From IMG/VR virus record IMGVR_UViG_3300020411_003715, positions 32,001-96,000 of that record: a stretch of DNA of 64,000 nt. One strand, written 5' to 3'. The translations under genes and the position numbers were made by a program. The notes beneath the pieces are model-generated. The model searched no databases. It was not told the DNA's origin and saw nothing but the letters and a program-made list of their open reading frames with translations. This DNA comes from a virus. Of the stretch, positions 45,216-55,221 are shown one piece after another. Numbering within the stretch: position 1 is the stretch's first letter; each line of letters opens with the position of its first letter.

Positions 45216-47328
45216 TCGTGTTTATTGTCTTCTTGTCGTTGCTGTTTGCTTCCTTGTGTCTTGTAATGCTCCTGACAGAGCAACGGGCGCAGGCGGCACG
45301 GGACCGGTCGACGCCCAGATCGAAACCCAAGATGCGGATATCCACACACTCGATACGCCCGACGACACATCATGTCTCCCTCATTGTGGGGATGAGTACG
45401 AGTACCAACAGAGATGCTGGGACACCGTACTATACTTCTGCACACCCGACGGGGGACTGCCCGGGAGCGACCCGGCCATCTACCAACAAGAGATTGTTAT
45501 CGACAAGTGCGACGAGGAGGGGAATCCTTGCGTACCAGAATACGCAAATGACCCCGATTGCCGATGGGAGATTATCTCTACCGGAGAATGTGAAGACTGG
45601 CTTGAGTGCGACCCCACCGACCCAAATGCAATTGTACAGGAAGACGTACCCTGCCAAGACGTGGACGAATCCGGGAACGAGTACGAAGGGTTTCAGGACA
45701 TCCACTGTCAGAAGGGACAGCTTATCGCAGGTCCGTGTGAGCCATGTGGTGAGGAGATCTGTGACGCTATCGACAACGACTGCGACGGAGACGTGGACGA
45801 AGGACTATATCCTTGCTCAAGTGAATGCGGAGAAGGGGAGGCTATTTGCATCGAGGGAGAGCTACACCTCTGTTCCGCACCCCAGCCCGAAGAAGAAATA
45901 TGCGACTACATCGACAATAACTGTAACGGAGTGGTTGACGAGAATCAGCTTAACGCTTGCGGCGCTTGTGGGCCTATACCTGATGAATCTTGCAATGGCA
46001 TAGATGACGACTGCGATGGTCTGATTGATGAAGACCTTATTGAGCAGTGCGAAACCCCTTGTGAGATAGGGCTCACCATATGCGTAAACGGGGTGTGGTC
46101 CCCATGTTCAGCGCAGTCTCCTGAAGACGAGGTCTGCAATGGCTTTGATGACGACTGCAATGATTTAGTTGACGATGGGATCCTATGCGAGTGTCAGGAA
46201 GAGGATGTGGGCGTTCTGATCCCGTGCATGGAAGATCCTCTTATCTGTGGGCAGGGATTCAAAACGTGTGAGTGCGTCACCCCTTTGTGTGACCAGACGG
46301 CGATGACTCCGTGCAAGGCAGCTTGCGCGTACATACCTCCACAAGGGGATGGCGTTTGCGATGAGCAGCTTGGGATGATTATGCCGGAGCTTTGCAATAA
46401 TTGGGACGACAACTGCAACCAGCTTATTGATGAAGACTTATTCTCAAATTGCTACAGCGGACCCGAAGGAACCGTGGATGTTGGGATCTGCCTTCCTGGA
46501 TCTATGATCTGCCTTGAGGGGCAATGGGGGCATTACGCAAACCCGGAACAGGAAGACATATTTATGCCGGACCATTGTCATGGAGAAGTCCTGCCAATGG
46601 AGGAAGACATATGCAATGGGGCGGATGACAACTGCGACGGTGTGATCGAAGAGGTGATGGAGGAGACAGACATAGTCTTCATAATCGATGGTTCTGGGTC
46701 TATGTCAGATAATATAAACGCTGTTGTCGCAGCGCTCACCGCCTTTGCAGCAAACTACTCAGACGCCGTGGTCATTCAGTGGGGGCTCGTTGTGGGCCCC
46801 ATGAATGGTGAGCAGTTAGTAGCTGTACAGAACCTAGCACCTTTCGAGCAGTTCATGCTTTCCCTCGTAGGACTCCCCCCGGAGGTCGGAAACGCAGGTG
46901 GGAACGAGATGCTTTATGACGCCTTATACCTAGTCGTCCACAACCTTATCGACCCCGCCAGCCTTCCGAAACATCCCGCTGCACTGGCCTGGATAGACTC
47001 TGTGGACGGGTCTGTTCCACCGATCCCCCAGTTCCAGTTTAATTGGCGAGAGGACGCAAACAAAGTTGTTGTCGTGTTCACTGATGAGGATGGGCAGTCG
47101 TACACGAACCCGGAGATAACACAGCAGAACATTATAGATGTTCTAAATCAGGCAGATGACGTGAGCGTGTATACGTTTACTCCCGAAGGGGTAAAAGAAA
47201 ACTCAATATTTTCGCAGGGCTGGCTGCCTGTTTCTGTAAACGGTGGTTGGTACGAGCTTACAAGCAGTGCCGACGAAATGTTTACTGACCTAGCTGAGGT
47301 GCTAGACGAAACAGTGTGCGGGCAATAG
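45205..47328 (+). CDS. Lipoprotein with six MopE-type Cys/Asp repeats and a C-terminal vWA domain
   Basis: Lipobox FLVS-C; six E.C...D.(D/N)C(D/N)...DE repeats; MIDAS FIIDGSGSM and VFTDEDG. Confidence 0.85.
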   Translation: MRIDRVYCLLVVAVCFLVSCNAPDRATGAGGTGPVDAQIETQDADIHTLDTPDDTSCLPHCGDEYEYQQRCWDTVLYFCTPDGGLPGSDPAIYQQEIVIDKCDEEGNPCVPEYANDPDCRWEIISTGECEDWLECDPTDPNAIVQEDVPCQDVDESGNEYEGFQDIHCQKGQLIAGPCEPCGEEICDAIDNDCDGDVDEGLYPCSSECGEGEAICIEGELHLCSAPQPEEEICDYIDNNCNGVVDENQLNACGACGPIPDESCNGIDDDCDGLIDEDLIEQCETPCEIGLTICVNGVWSPCSAQSPEDEVCNGFDDDCNDLVDDGILCECQEEDVGVLIPCMEDPLICGQGFKTCECVTPLCDQTAMTPCKAACAYIPPQGDGVCDEQLGMIMPELCNNWDDNCNQLIDEDLFSNCYSGPEGTVDVGICLPGSMICLEGQWGHYANPEQEDIFMPDHCHGEVLPMEEDICNGADDNCDGVIEEVMEETDIVFIIDGSGSMSDNINAVVAALTAFAANYSDAVVIQWGLVVGPMNGEQLVAVQNLAPFEQFMLSLVGLPPEVGNAGGNEMLYDALYLVVHNLIDPASLPKHPAALAWIDSVDGSVPPIPQFQFNWREDANKVVVVFTDEDGQSYTNPEITQQNIIDVLNQADDVSVYTFTPEGVKENSIFSQGWLPVSVNGGWYELTSSADEMFTDLAEVLDETVCGQ

Positions 47329-47353
47329 CGGACAGCAGCAGGGATCTACAAAC

Positions 47354-47620
47354 GTGAGCACTTACGGACTTTACGAAGAAGGAACAAAACTCTCATGTAA
47401 AAAGGCGGTGGAGATTGTTGTCTTCAAGGATGACGGCCCCGAGTCGTATGTAATAGAGGAGGGCACGGAATGCGTTATTTCTGCAGACGGCCTGTTCCCC
47501 ACGGTGGAGATTTCCTGCGACGCCATGGACGTGGTCTTACGGGTAAGAATACCGTTTGATTTTGATTGGAGAGGGCACTTCTCTGTAAAAAAATACAGGC
47601 ACCTGTCTATAGTAAAGTAA
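47354..47620 (+). CDS. Hypothetical protein
   Basis: 88-aa ORF. Confidence 0.55.
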   Translation: MSTYGLYEEGTKLSCKKAVEIVVFKDDGPESYVIEEGTECVISADGLFPTVEISCDAMDVVLRVRIPFDFDWRGHFSVKKYRHLSIVK

Positions 47621-48020
47621 TTATCGGCCGGACAGCCACCCCATTACAAACCCACCAATCAGGGCCAGAAGGACCAGACCAACCCACAGTTGGATGCCCA
47701 ACTCACAGTTGGTCGCAGAGGTGTTCCTGGACCGCTGACGCACTACTTCCCTTAGATCCCCCACCGGGGCACCACATTCAGAGCACTCATCTGTATTGGG
47801 CATTCTGTGACTCAAGGGCACTCCTAGCTAAAAACAAGGGGGATAACCCCCTTGCCGATTGCTTACGCAATCTCTTTTCGATCAACCCATCTGGTAATGC
47901 TACCGCCATCGCGAGCATCATACCAAGTGATCTTGAAGCTGTCCCCGCTGATCTCAAGGATCTTAGCGAGAACACCCCCAGGACCGATGGAGTGGACCAG
48001 AACAGTCTCTCCTACCCTCA

Positions 48021-48758
48021 TCACTTCCTCCCCATTGAAGGTTTAAGCCAGATATCCTCACCAAGGAAAGCTTCCTGAAGCTCGGATGCAACGAAGTCCT
48101 CGTTGAAGAGAACACGCGCTGCTACAAGAGAATCGTGCTTGAAGATCTTATGAAGCTCTTCACGAATTCTCTCACGACTCACACTCTTGAGTAGGCTGGT
48201 AATATGACGGCTCTCGTAATGAGTGCTGTCGTTCACGAGAACGTTTTCCCGAAGCATCGCAGTGAGATCATAGTCCAGGTCCAGATCCTTCGTGAGAAAG
48301 AACCTAAGTGCACGCATGATGCGCAAGGCGTCTTCCTCAACCCGTTCTGCAGAGTTGCCTACACAGCGGATTACTCGATCCTGGATGTCCTCTCTCCCAC
48401 CGAAAGGATCGAACAGGTCGCCAGTACTTACCGATCGCGCAATAGCGTTCATGGTGAAGTCCCGACGGGCCAGATCATCCTCAAGGGTCCCAGGCTCTAC
48501 CGAGTCGGGATGCCTCCCGTCACTGTAGGCACCCTCTTTCCGGGCCATGACAATGTCAAAGACCTCTTTGTCCTTGATACCACGGATGGTGAAGAACTCA
48601 GGAGTCACGAGGAAGAGCTTATCAAGTTCATCCTCAGCCCACTCAAGAAGGCCGTCCCACCCAGAAGGGCAGACGGCCACGAAGTCTCGGTCACTGTTTT
48701 TCAGCCCGAGAAACTCATCGCGGATAGATCCGCCAACCTCAAAAAGCTCCACACCCAT
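48021..48758 (-). CDS. cca: tRNA nucleotidyltransferase (CCA-adding/PolyA_pol family), compact
   Basis: VGGSIRD..DRDFV, DDLARRDFTMNAIA, LFDPFGGREDI, EDALRIMRALRF. Confidence 0.85.
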   Translation of the reverse strand: MGVELFEVGGSIRDEFLGLKNSDRDFVAVCPSGWDGLLEWAEDELDKLFLVTPEFFTIRGIKDKEVFDIVMARKEGAYSDGRHPDSVEPGTLEDDLARRDFTMNAIARSVSTGDLFDPFGGREDIQDRVIRCVGNSAERVEEDALRIMRALRFFLTKDLDLDYDLTAMLRENVLVNDSTHYESRHITSLLKSVSRERIREELHKIFKHDSLVAARVLFNEDFVASELQEAFLGEDIWLKPSMGRK

Positions 48759-48772
48759 AACAACCTCCTAGG

Positions 48773-49570
48773 TTAAATGGCCCACGCGATAGTCGCACCG
48801 CGAGCAACTTTTGCTCTGGACTTCTCTATCGACGCTATGGGGTTGATAGAGAAGTCCCCGCGTAGGCCTTTGTAGAATAGAATTGGGAAATCCCTCTTAA
48901 GAACTTCCCACGCCTCATCACTCACATACGACGCATACATTTTTGTAATGCCCGCATCACGAAGTTTGTACTTGTCTATGCAGTACGCGTAGTGCTCGTA
49001 CACAGAAAGAAGCTCCTTCATAAGAGACTTCTTAATAGCATCCACAAGTTTGCGCCGCCGATCGTCGCAACTAAACACACGTTCGTTCAGGGGGGTGGCC
49101 GGAAACGACCCTCCCCCAAACAACTTCTCGGCGCTCAAGTTGACAACAAGATCGACCAGCAAGACCAAGTTGTCCGAACTCCTAGGGCTCCAATCGCAAG
49201 GGTCCAAGCCCAGCGTAAACGATGGCCAGCGCAAACGAGCCGTACACCCAGGATCACCAGAGGCCCAGTCGGTGAGCACGCCCCACCCACGAGTATCCAG
49301 GGAAGGCTCAGTAAAGCTATCCCGAAGACCGAGGTGGATCTCCCGCTGACGGGTCCACGAGCTTGGGACAGCAGACCCCGACACCGGATGCGCCGGCAAA
49401 GCAATTCTAGACTCACCATACGGGTAGTTCTCGTTCTCAGAAAAAACACAAAGCCTCTTGCGATCAATCTGAGCCCTAAACCCCGCTAACCTTCCGAAAC
49501 GTCCACCATCAGCAGGGTCCATAACATAGTAGTCGTATACACCGTTGGACGTCCTATCAATAATCCCCAT
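48773..49570 (-). CDS. Hypothetical protein
   Basis: 265 aa, GGAGG SD. Confidence 0.6.
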   Translation of the reverse strand: MGIIDRTSNGVYDYYVMDPADGGRFGRLAGFRAQIDRKRLCVFSENENYPYGESRIALPAHPVSGSAVPSSWTRQREIHLGLRDSFTEPSLDTRGWGVLTDWASGDPGCTARLRWPSFTLGLDPCDWSPRSSDNLVLLVDLVVNLSAEKLFGGGSFPATPLNERVFSCDDRRRKLVDAIKKSLMKELLSVYEHYAYCIDKYKLRDAGITKMYASYVSDEAWEVLKRDFPILFYKGLRGDFSINPIASIEKSRAKVARGATIAWAI

Positions 49571-49866
49571 CCCTAACCTCCATTAGCAATGGACAACATC
49601 TTCATCAGCGCCATGCCAACTCCGAAACTGCCCAAAATTGTGATCACGTAGTTGCCTACCTCGATCTCAAACGTTTGCTGCATCTGCAGCGCCTTAAGAA
49701 TCTCCTTCATTTTCGACCTCCTTATAGGAGAGTAATTCTCCTTCACAGTTCTTATACCCATCCAACACCTCAGTATTGCCCTTATTACGGGTTAATAAAA
49801 AAAGTGGTTCCACGTAATATCTTTGTTAAATAGGATCGCCAATACCGGAGGGGTAAGGATAATAAA

Positions 49867-50187
49867 ATGGAGATCGGCGGTGTTGGTTCGGCAGGAATGG
49901 GTGGTTCAGGAGTAAATCCGGCAGCCCCAGCGCAAGCACCAACTGCAGATAATGGAGCCCCTACAAATGTTCAACCCGATGTTTCTGAAGCAGGTCATGA
50001 AGCTGCTTCTTGTTGTGGCGGTCACAGCAGTGCTGTGGCTAGCGTTAACTTCAGCTCACAAGACTTTTTACAACTTCACCAAACAGTACGAGGAGCATCT
50101 GCGCCCGAGGGCACAAATTTCGATATGCAAAAGCTCTTGGAGTTAATAATGGCCATGAAGCTTTTGGAGCAGATGGATCGCGGGTGA
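49867..50187 (+). CDS. Low-complexity hypothetical protein
   Basis: 106 aa; helical C-terminus. Confidence 0.55.
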   Translation: MEIGGVGSAGMGGSGVNPAAPAQAPTADNGAPTNVQPDVSEAGHEAASCCGGHSSAVASVNFSSQDFLQLHQTVRGASAPEGTNFDMQKLLELIMAMKLLEQMDRG

Positions 50188-50319
50188 TAGACAGATCTGT
50201 CCAGCCATTGAGCACTACCGAGGAAGGGTGTTTGTTAGCTAGCGCCCTCGTTCTATCATATGTTCACGGCACTGTTTGGACCCGTGCTCGTAAACTCAAA
50301 ACCTCTAGGAGAAAAAATA

Positions 50320-51681
50320 ATGGCATATAAGTGGCAACAAGCAGCCGCAGAGAATGTTTGGTTCGAGACCGCATTTTCTGGTGGCACATTTGCAACATGG
50401 TCGGGCAGCGCATCGTCCCTCGCGGGCGCGCTTTCCCCATATCTTACTTCCTCAAACGCGTCCTCGACGTATTTGACCCAGTCGTCTGCGGCTTCGACGT
50501 ATTTGACTATTTCAAATGCTGCGTCGACGTACCAGACCGCGTCTGCAATGTCGAGCTACTCGACTACTTCGCAGATGAACACCGCTATTGCTGCGGCTGT
50601 TTCTGGCGCGAAGGTTCCGACGTCCTGGCTTGACCCAGTCCAGAGCACGGTATCTTCGGCACCCAGTGGCCCCTCCTCTGGCGACCGACACCTTTGCTCT
50701 GGCTCTATTTCTGGCGTCAGCGGAACTGCCGCTGGTGACATCATCGAGTATAACGGATCGGCGTGGACAGTAGTGTTCGACAGCAGCGCTGACGGTGAAG
50801 AAGGGGTGATGTTCTATCACCAAGGTCTTGACCAGCTTTACTTCTTACCGTCTGGCGGTGGAACTTGGCAGCAGATTGGTAGCGCCCTCGGTGGCGATGT
50901 CATGCTCGACTCCGAGTTTGCTAGTGCGTTCGCAAGCGCAGTTGCTTCTGACAGCACTATTGCTGCAAACACCGCTAAGGTAAGCAACGTTTCGACAAAT
51001 CTGTCGAACACCGCCAGCACCACCGCCGTTACGATTCACTCGTCTGATGGTAATGATACCTCTATTTCTGCAGCAAGCACTAGTGCTGCGGGTGTCATGA
51101 CCGCCGCTCATGCTACTGCGATTGCGGCAAACACCGCAAAGGACACCTTCCCTGGGTTTGGCACTTCGTCGGGAACGGCACTTGAGGGTAACACGACCAC
51201 CATCACTGGTGCTCAGGCTTCGGCCATCGCCGCAAGCACTTCTGGTGTTGCGAGTAACTTGAGCGCTATTGGTACCATCAACAATCTTACCACGGCCTTG
51301 GGTGCTAGTGACCTTGTTGCTGCTGTTAATGCTCTTGCGAGCCGACAAAGCAACGCTGGTACTGCACTTGATCCTGCCGACGCCTCTACCGGGTATACTA
51401 TTAGCAGCCCCGGTAAGTACTGGATGCAGGGGACCCTGTCCGCAGACGCGACCTTGACGCTTCCCGCTTCTTCGGGGCTTTCGGATGGCGCGACTATTGG
51501 GATCAAGCTTCAGGGTTTAGGATCGGGTAAACACCTGACCGTTGACGTGAATTCGGCGGACTCGGGCGTTAAGATCGATGGCCAGGATGAAATTGATATT
51601 GATGTTGCATACGCAGCGCTTTCTTTCGTTTACCAGAGCAACAGTGATGGCAACAACACTAAGGCCTGGATGGTCATGTAA
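50320..51681 (+). CDS. Tail fibre/virion appendage-like protein
   Basis: Start MAYKW (AGGAG SD); Ser/Thr/Ala-rich; DUF2793-like PSGPSSGDRH..GDIIEYNGSAW; C-terminal TLTLPAS..IGIK..IDG fibre-type domain. Confidence 0.6.
   Translation: MAYKWQQAAAENVWFETAFSGGTFATWSGSASSLAGALSPYLTSSNASSTYLTQSSAASTYLTISNAASTYQTASAMSSYSTTSQMNTAIAAAVSGAKVPTSWLDPVQSTVSSAPSGPSSGDRHLCSGSISGVSGTAAGDIIEYNGSAWTVVFDSSADGEEGVMFYHQGLDQLYFLPSGGGTWQQIGSALGGDVMLDSEFASAFASAVASDSTIAANTAKVSNVSTNLSNTASTTAVTIHSSDGNDTSISAASTSAAGVMTAAHATAIAANTAKDTFPGFGTSSGTALEGNTTTITGAQASAIAASTSGVASNLSAIGTINNLTTALGASDLVAAVNALASRQSNAGTALDPADASTGYTISSPGKYWMQGTLSADATLTLPASSGLSDGATIGIKLQGLGSGKHLTVDVNSADSGVKIDGQDEIDIDVAYAALSFVYQSNSDGNNTKAWMVM
50456..50545 (+). 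repeat. Degenerate 30-nt (10-aa) tandem repeat, AASTYLT-type, three copies
   Basis: TCGACGTATTTGAC / TCGACGTATTTGAC / TCGACGTACCAGAC at 30-nt spacing. Confidence 0.75.
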
Positions 51682-51711
51682 TCCGGTCTGAGCTTAGTAT
51701 TAGCTAAAAAT

Positions 51712-51749
51712 AAGGGTGGGGGCTTAATTGCCCTCACCCTTTCTTTTTA
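51712..51749 (+). terminator. Intrinsic terminator
   Basis: 12-bp stem AAGGGTGGGGGC/GCCCTCACCCTT followed by TCTTTTT. Confidence 0.8.
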
Positions 51750-52235
51750 TGTCACGTTTGTGTTCCTCGTGTACGCGCCAGCAAGGTCTTCTTGACCGTC
51801 TGCCACAAGCGCATGCTCTTTCCAGAACGCAACACAACGTGCGTACTCTTCCATTTCCCGTGCATCCCATGGCTCGCGAGGGCTCGAACTCTCTGCCCTA
51901 GAACCGTACATGGTGAAACAAACTCCGCCACGAATACCGATAACCACAATATTCCTAGCGGGGCGGTATTCACGACGAACCATTCTAGAGGGGCCCCGAC
52001 GCTCCCCCCGCTGCATGTAGAACACGCTTGACTCTTCAACAGGAGCGTCCCCCGCTGCGGGACCGTATAGCCCGCATGGGACAGTCCCCAGGTGCTCGGG
52101 GAGAGGAACCACTTCAAGGATGAAGGACTCCTCCGGCCTATCGAGAAGCCGGGGTAGGGTTTGTACGTAGTTTGTCTGCTCTTCGGTCAGATCGTGATCG
52201 TCATGAGCGACGTGGGTAAATACCGTGGGTGACAT
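51747..52235 (-). CDS. Hypothetical protein
   Basis: AAGGAGG SD; 162 aa. Confidence 0.7.
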   Translation of the reverse strand: MSPTVFTHVAHDDHDLTEEQTNYVQTLPRLLDRPEESFILEVVPLPEHLGTVPCGLYGPAAGDAPVEESSVFYMQRGERRGPSRMVRREYRPARNIVVIGIRGGVCFTMYGSRAESSSPREPWDAREMEEYARCVAFWKEHALVADGQEDLAGAYTRNTNVT

Positions 52236-52495
52236 AAGTCCTCCTTGTGATCTTTTTTCTGCATTTAGTTGAAATAGCTATTTGCTACCCAACTATTACT
52301 GAGTAATAATTATAATTGTAGACAAAGGATTGCGCGTGGCTGAACCCATTCCCCCGAAAGATCTTACCGAGAAGATTGTAGAGGAATGGCTACAGAAGGC
52401 CACAATGCGAGAGCTTAATATATTCCACGACAGGAATAAGATTATAGTCTGGCTATGTCGCGCCTTGCTCAGGGCCTGGAGGGACAAAGCCCCTC

Positions 52496-52987
52496 CTAGC
52501 CCTTGACTACAATCTGACGCTTTCGGCGGTGAAAGCTTGGGTTAAGTGCCGCTGCTTTGTATTCAATGATACAGCACCCGTAACCAATATCTTTCACCCT
52601 ACCGTCAATGCACTCGATCTTTTGGTAGTCACCCACACGCTCGTGGAGGACAACACCCAGGCCGTACTTCCTAGATCTTTGGTACCAATACTCGCCATTG
52701 AACACTTCCCACCCGCAGGAAAGCATAGCCTCCCATCGAGCCATAGCCCCATCCATGCTGTATGTGCTGCAGTAGTCTTCGCCAGCAATACCGATAGAAA
52801 CAACCCTTACGGCGGGCTTGTTCCTAAGATCAAACAGGATGAACCATTCAGGGGTGTCAGACAAAGAACCCTTCTCGTCTATACTGTTGCGTGCACTACT
52901 CTCTCGCGCAGGGTTTACCAGAAACTGAGTAGCCCCATTGCTTATAATATCAAAAGAAGTTGGGTTTGGTGGCAGTTCATTCCTCAA
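52496..52987 (-). CDS. Hypothetical protein
   Basis: 163 aa. Confidence 0.55.
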   Translation of the reverse strand: MRNELPPNPTSFDIISNGATQFLVNPARESSARNSIDEKGSLSDTPEWFILFDLRNKPAVRVVSIGIAGEDYCSTYSMDGAMARWEAMLSCGWEVFNGEYWYQRSRKYGLGVVLHERVGDYQKIECIDGRVKDIGYGCCIIEYKAAALNPSFHRRKRQIVVKG

Positions 52988-53346
52988 ATCTTTTCCCCTT
53001 ATGTTTTAGATTTCTAGACCTCCCCACAAGGACATCATAGTCCCTGTTGTGGTGTTTTCCTGCGTGGTTCCCAGACCTAACTGCTAGCATCATGCTCGCC
53101 ACACATCGCTGCTTCGGCAGCTTTTTCTTTTTCGATTTCATGTCCGCCTCCGGAGTTCATGTGGTTGTAGATAAGTGTTTTTATGCAGGGCTCGCACCAA
53201 GCGCCCGAGTGCTCCGTGGATACGTACCTGTCGCCCGAAGAACTCTTACACCCAGAACAGCTACCATCCCCACTATCAGTGCGTCTTAGGAACATTTTAT
53301 TTATCCTCCTTCCTTACCCTAAAAGGTATCCGCTAATATATTATAT

Positions 53347-53685
53347 ATGAAGAGGCACTCCATATTATTAGCGTCCATCATCCTTGGCTTAATTGGGTTT
53401 GGGACACTTTTGGGGTGTTCCGAGGGCCAAAAACAGCGACCGCCGCTTGTCTGCCAATGGTCAATTATTACCATGCAGGGCGGGATCTCCGTAGTTAGAG
53501 ATGGAAATCCTTCGGAAAAGGATGTAAAAGGCCTAATTGGTTCTGGGGTCGGTTTCTCACAGAGGGTCGAGAAAGAGATCGTCTGTAAGGCCGAAGCTGC
53601 TAATAATACATTTATTAGCAATCAGCCAACGCCTACTACCGCACCCCCTAAGACCGATGAAGGAACCTGGGCTTATAATTATTAG
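53347..53685 (+). CDS. Putative lipoprotein
   Basis: Hydrophobic leader with lipobox LLG-C. Confidence 0.6.
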   Translation: MKRHSILLASIILGLIGFGTLLGCSEGQKQRPPLVCQWSIITMQGGISVVRDGNPSEKDVKGLIGSGVGFSQRVEKEIVCKAEAANNTFISNQPTPTTAPPKTDEGTWAYNY

Positions 53686-53696
53686 CGAGTAATAAT

Positions 53697-53951
53697 TTGA
53701 AATTCTGGAAAGTATTAGCGACAGTCCTGCCTACTGAAGAGAAAATCAGTTTTATTGTGCAGAGTCCTGACATCTACTCAGCGTCCAAGATCAAGGACAC
53801 ACTTATCGAGGTTCATCCCGAGTACAAGAGTGTCCGTGTCAAAGAGACCGAGCGACCCTCTTGGATGGAGTTCTCTTACGGCGAAGCGGATAAGAAGCCA
53901 CCAAGACCTAAGCCTTCCGAAGCTCAAGAAGCTCCTCAAGAAGAGGCCTAA
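53697..53951 (+). CDS. Hypothetical protein
   Basis: 84 aa. Confidence 0.55.
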   Translation: MKFWKVLATVLPTEEKISFIVQSPDIYSASKIKDTLIEVHPEYKSVRVKETERPSWMEFSYGEADKKPPRPKPSEAQEAPQEEA

Positions 53952-54195
53952 GCCAATTCCAGCAGGCATCGTCTAGTTGGAATGTAGATCCTTGCCCGTT
54001 TTCACCTACGTAGACAGAGACACCAGGGCCCATGGCTACTATGGAAGCGCCTAGATCTTTTACGAGTTCTAGGTCTTCTTTGATTATATCACCAAGAGCT
54101 TCCCGGTCATTTACTAAATATCTAGGGGTGTAGTCTGCGCTTTGAATCGTGCTTCTTCCCATCTTCCGGCCTCGTGGTGGGTTGGGGTTTCTCAA
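53908..54195 (-). CDS. Hypothetical protein
   Basis: 95 aa; start uncertain. Confidence 0.5.
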   Translation of the reverse strand: MRNPNPPRGRKMGRSTIQSADYTPRYLVNDREALGDIIKEDLELVKDLGASIVAMGPGVSVYVGENGQGSTFQLDDACWNWLRPLLEELLELRKA

Positions 54196-54236
54196 AAATG
54201 AATGACTGCTCGTAGTCAGGGTAATTGGTGTGCGCC

Positions 54237-54446
54237 TTAGTTGTCATCAGGTTCTCCGATCCCGAGAAAGTTATAATCGCCGGACCTTACCGCACAAACG
54301 TCTGCAGTAACAGCGTCTTTATAGTCATTTCTCTTTGTCTCCGAGTCCTTACAGTCGAAGCATATCAATCGAGTAGAATACATAGACATGATATGACCGT
54401 TCGTACTTTTGTTGCACCTTTGGCATACACCCTCCCATTTTGTCAT
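54237..54446 (-). CDS. Small zinc-ribbon phage protein
   Basis: CQRC..MSMYSTRLICFDC..E motif. Confidence 0.65.
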   Translation of the reverse strand: MTKWEGVCQRCNKSTNGHIMSMYSTRLICFDCKDSETKRNDYKDAVTADVCAVRSGDYNFLGIGEPDDN

Positions 54447-54569
54447 AGAATGATCTCCACCACCCTTGAACAGCTAGCGTCGTTGCCGCATCCTGGGCAC
54501 ATGCTGCTGAACACAGACCCGTGCTCAACGCTAAGGAAGCTTGTGTTGCAACCAGGGCATTGATGCCAT

Positions 54570-55058
54570 TCATTCGGACTCATAGAGATCTGGGGTTGGT
54601 GATAGTCGTTTCCGGGGGCGTGTAATCTCAGTGACATCTGATTTGTTGATCCTAGCATTGGATTCTCCTTCCCACAAAGGGGCTAGAACTAGAGTTTTTG
54701 CATTTACTTCGGCTACGATCCGAGATCGAAACCCATTCTTGTAGTATGTGACGACATCACCCTTCTTAGGCTTGTTAGCCCCTACCGAGGCGTGTGCGTC
54801 ATACACAGTCTTATATTTTCCGGCCTCAAGAGTGATCCATGCTTTACAGAGAATGGTCTTAAACCACTTCCTAAACTCTGCAGCATTCCACCGACCACTG
54901 GGGCATTTGTTTTTCCTGAACCATTCCGCAAGCTCGTCGCTAATCTCAAGATCGATAATTGTTTTCTTCTCGTCTGTCACAGCGTCGAACACAGATACGG
55001 AGAACTTTTCCTCTTCCATAAAACCTCCAGTATCAACTGTTAATAAAAGAAAAGACAC
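54570..55058 (-). CDS. Hypothetical protein
   Basis: Probable start MEEEK with GGAGG SD. Confidence 0.6.
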   Translation of the reverse strand: MSFLLLTVDTGGFMEEEKFSVSVFDAVTDEKKTIIDLEISDELAEWFRKNKCPSGRWNAAEFRKWFKTILCKAWITLEAGKYKTVYDAHASVGANKPKKGDVVTYYKNGFRSRIVAEVNAKTLVLAPLWEGESNARINKSDVTEITRPRKRLSPTPDLYESE

Positions 55059-55221
55059 TCATCGCAGCCACCATTGTTTTGGTGACTGCGACGAGTGTCC
55101 AAGTAGGCACCGTGTCGCCGATGCCTGTGCGTACCAACGCCAGTCCCACAGAGAGGAAGGAGGGCCCTCTGGAGCATAAATCGCTCCTAAGACAGCGTGG
55201 TAATTCTATACGCTGGGATCG

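Noticed and set aside
50456-50545. Diversity-generating retroelement VR/TR pair
   Set aside because: The repeats are adjacent in-frame peptide repeats without adenine-specific variation, and no reverse transcriptase is in the window.
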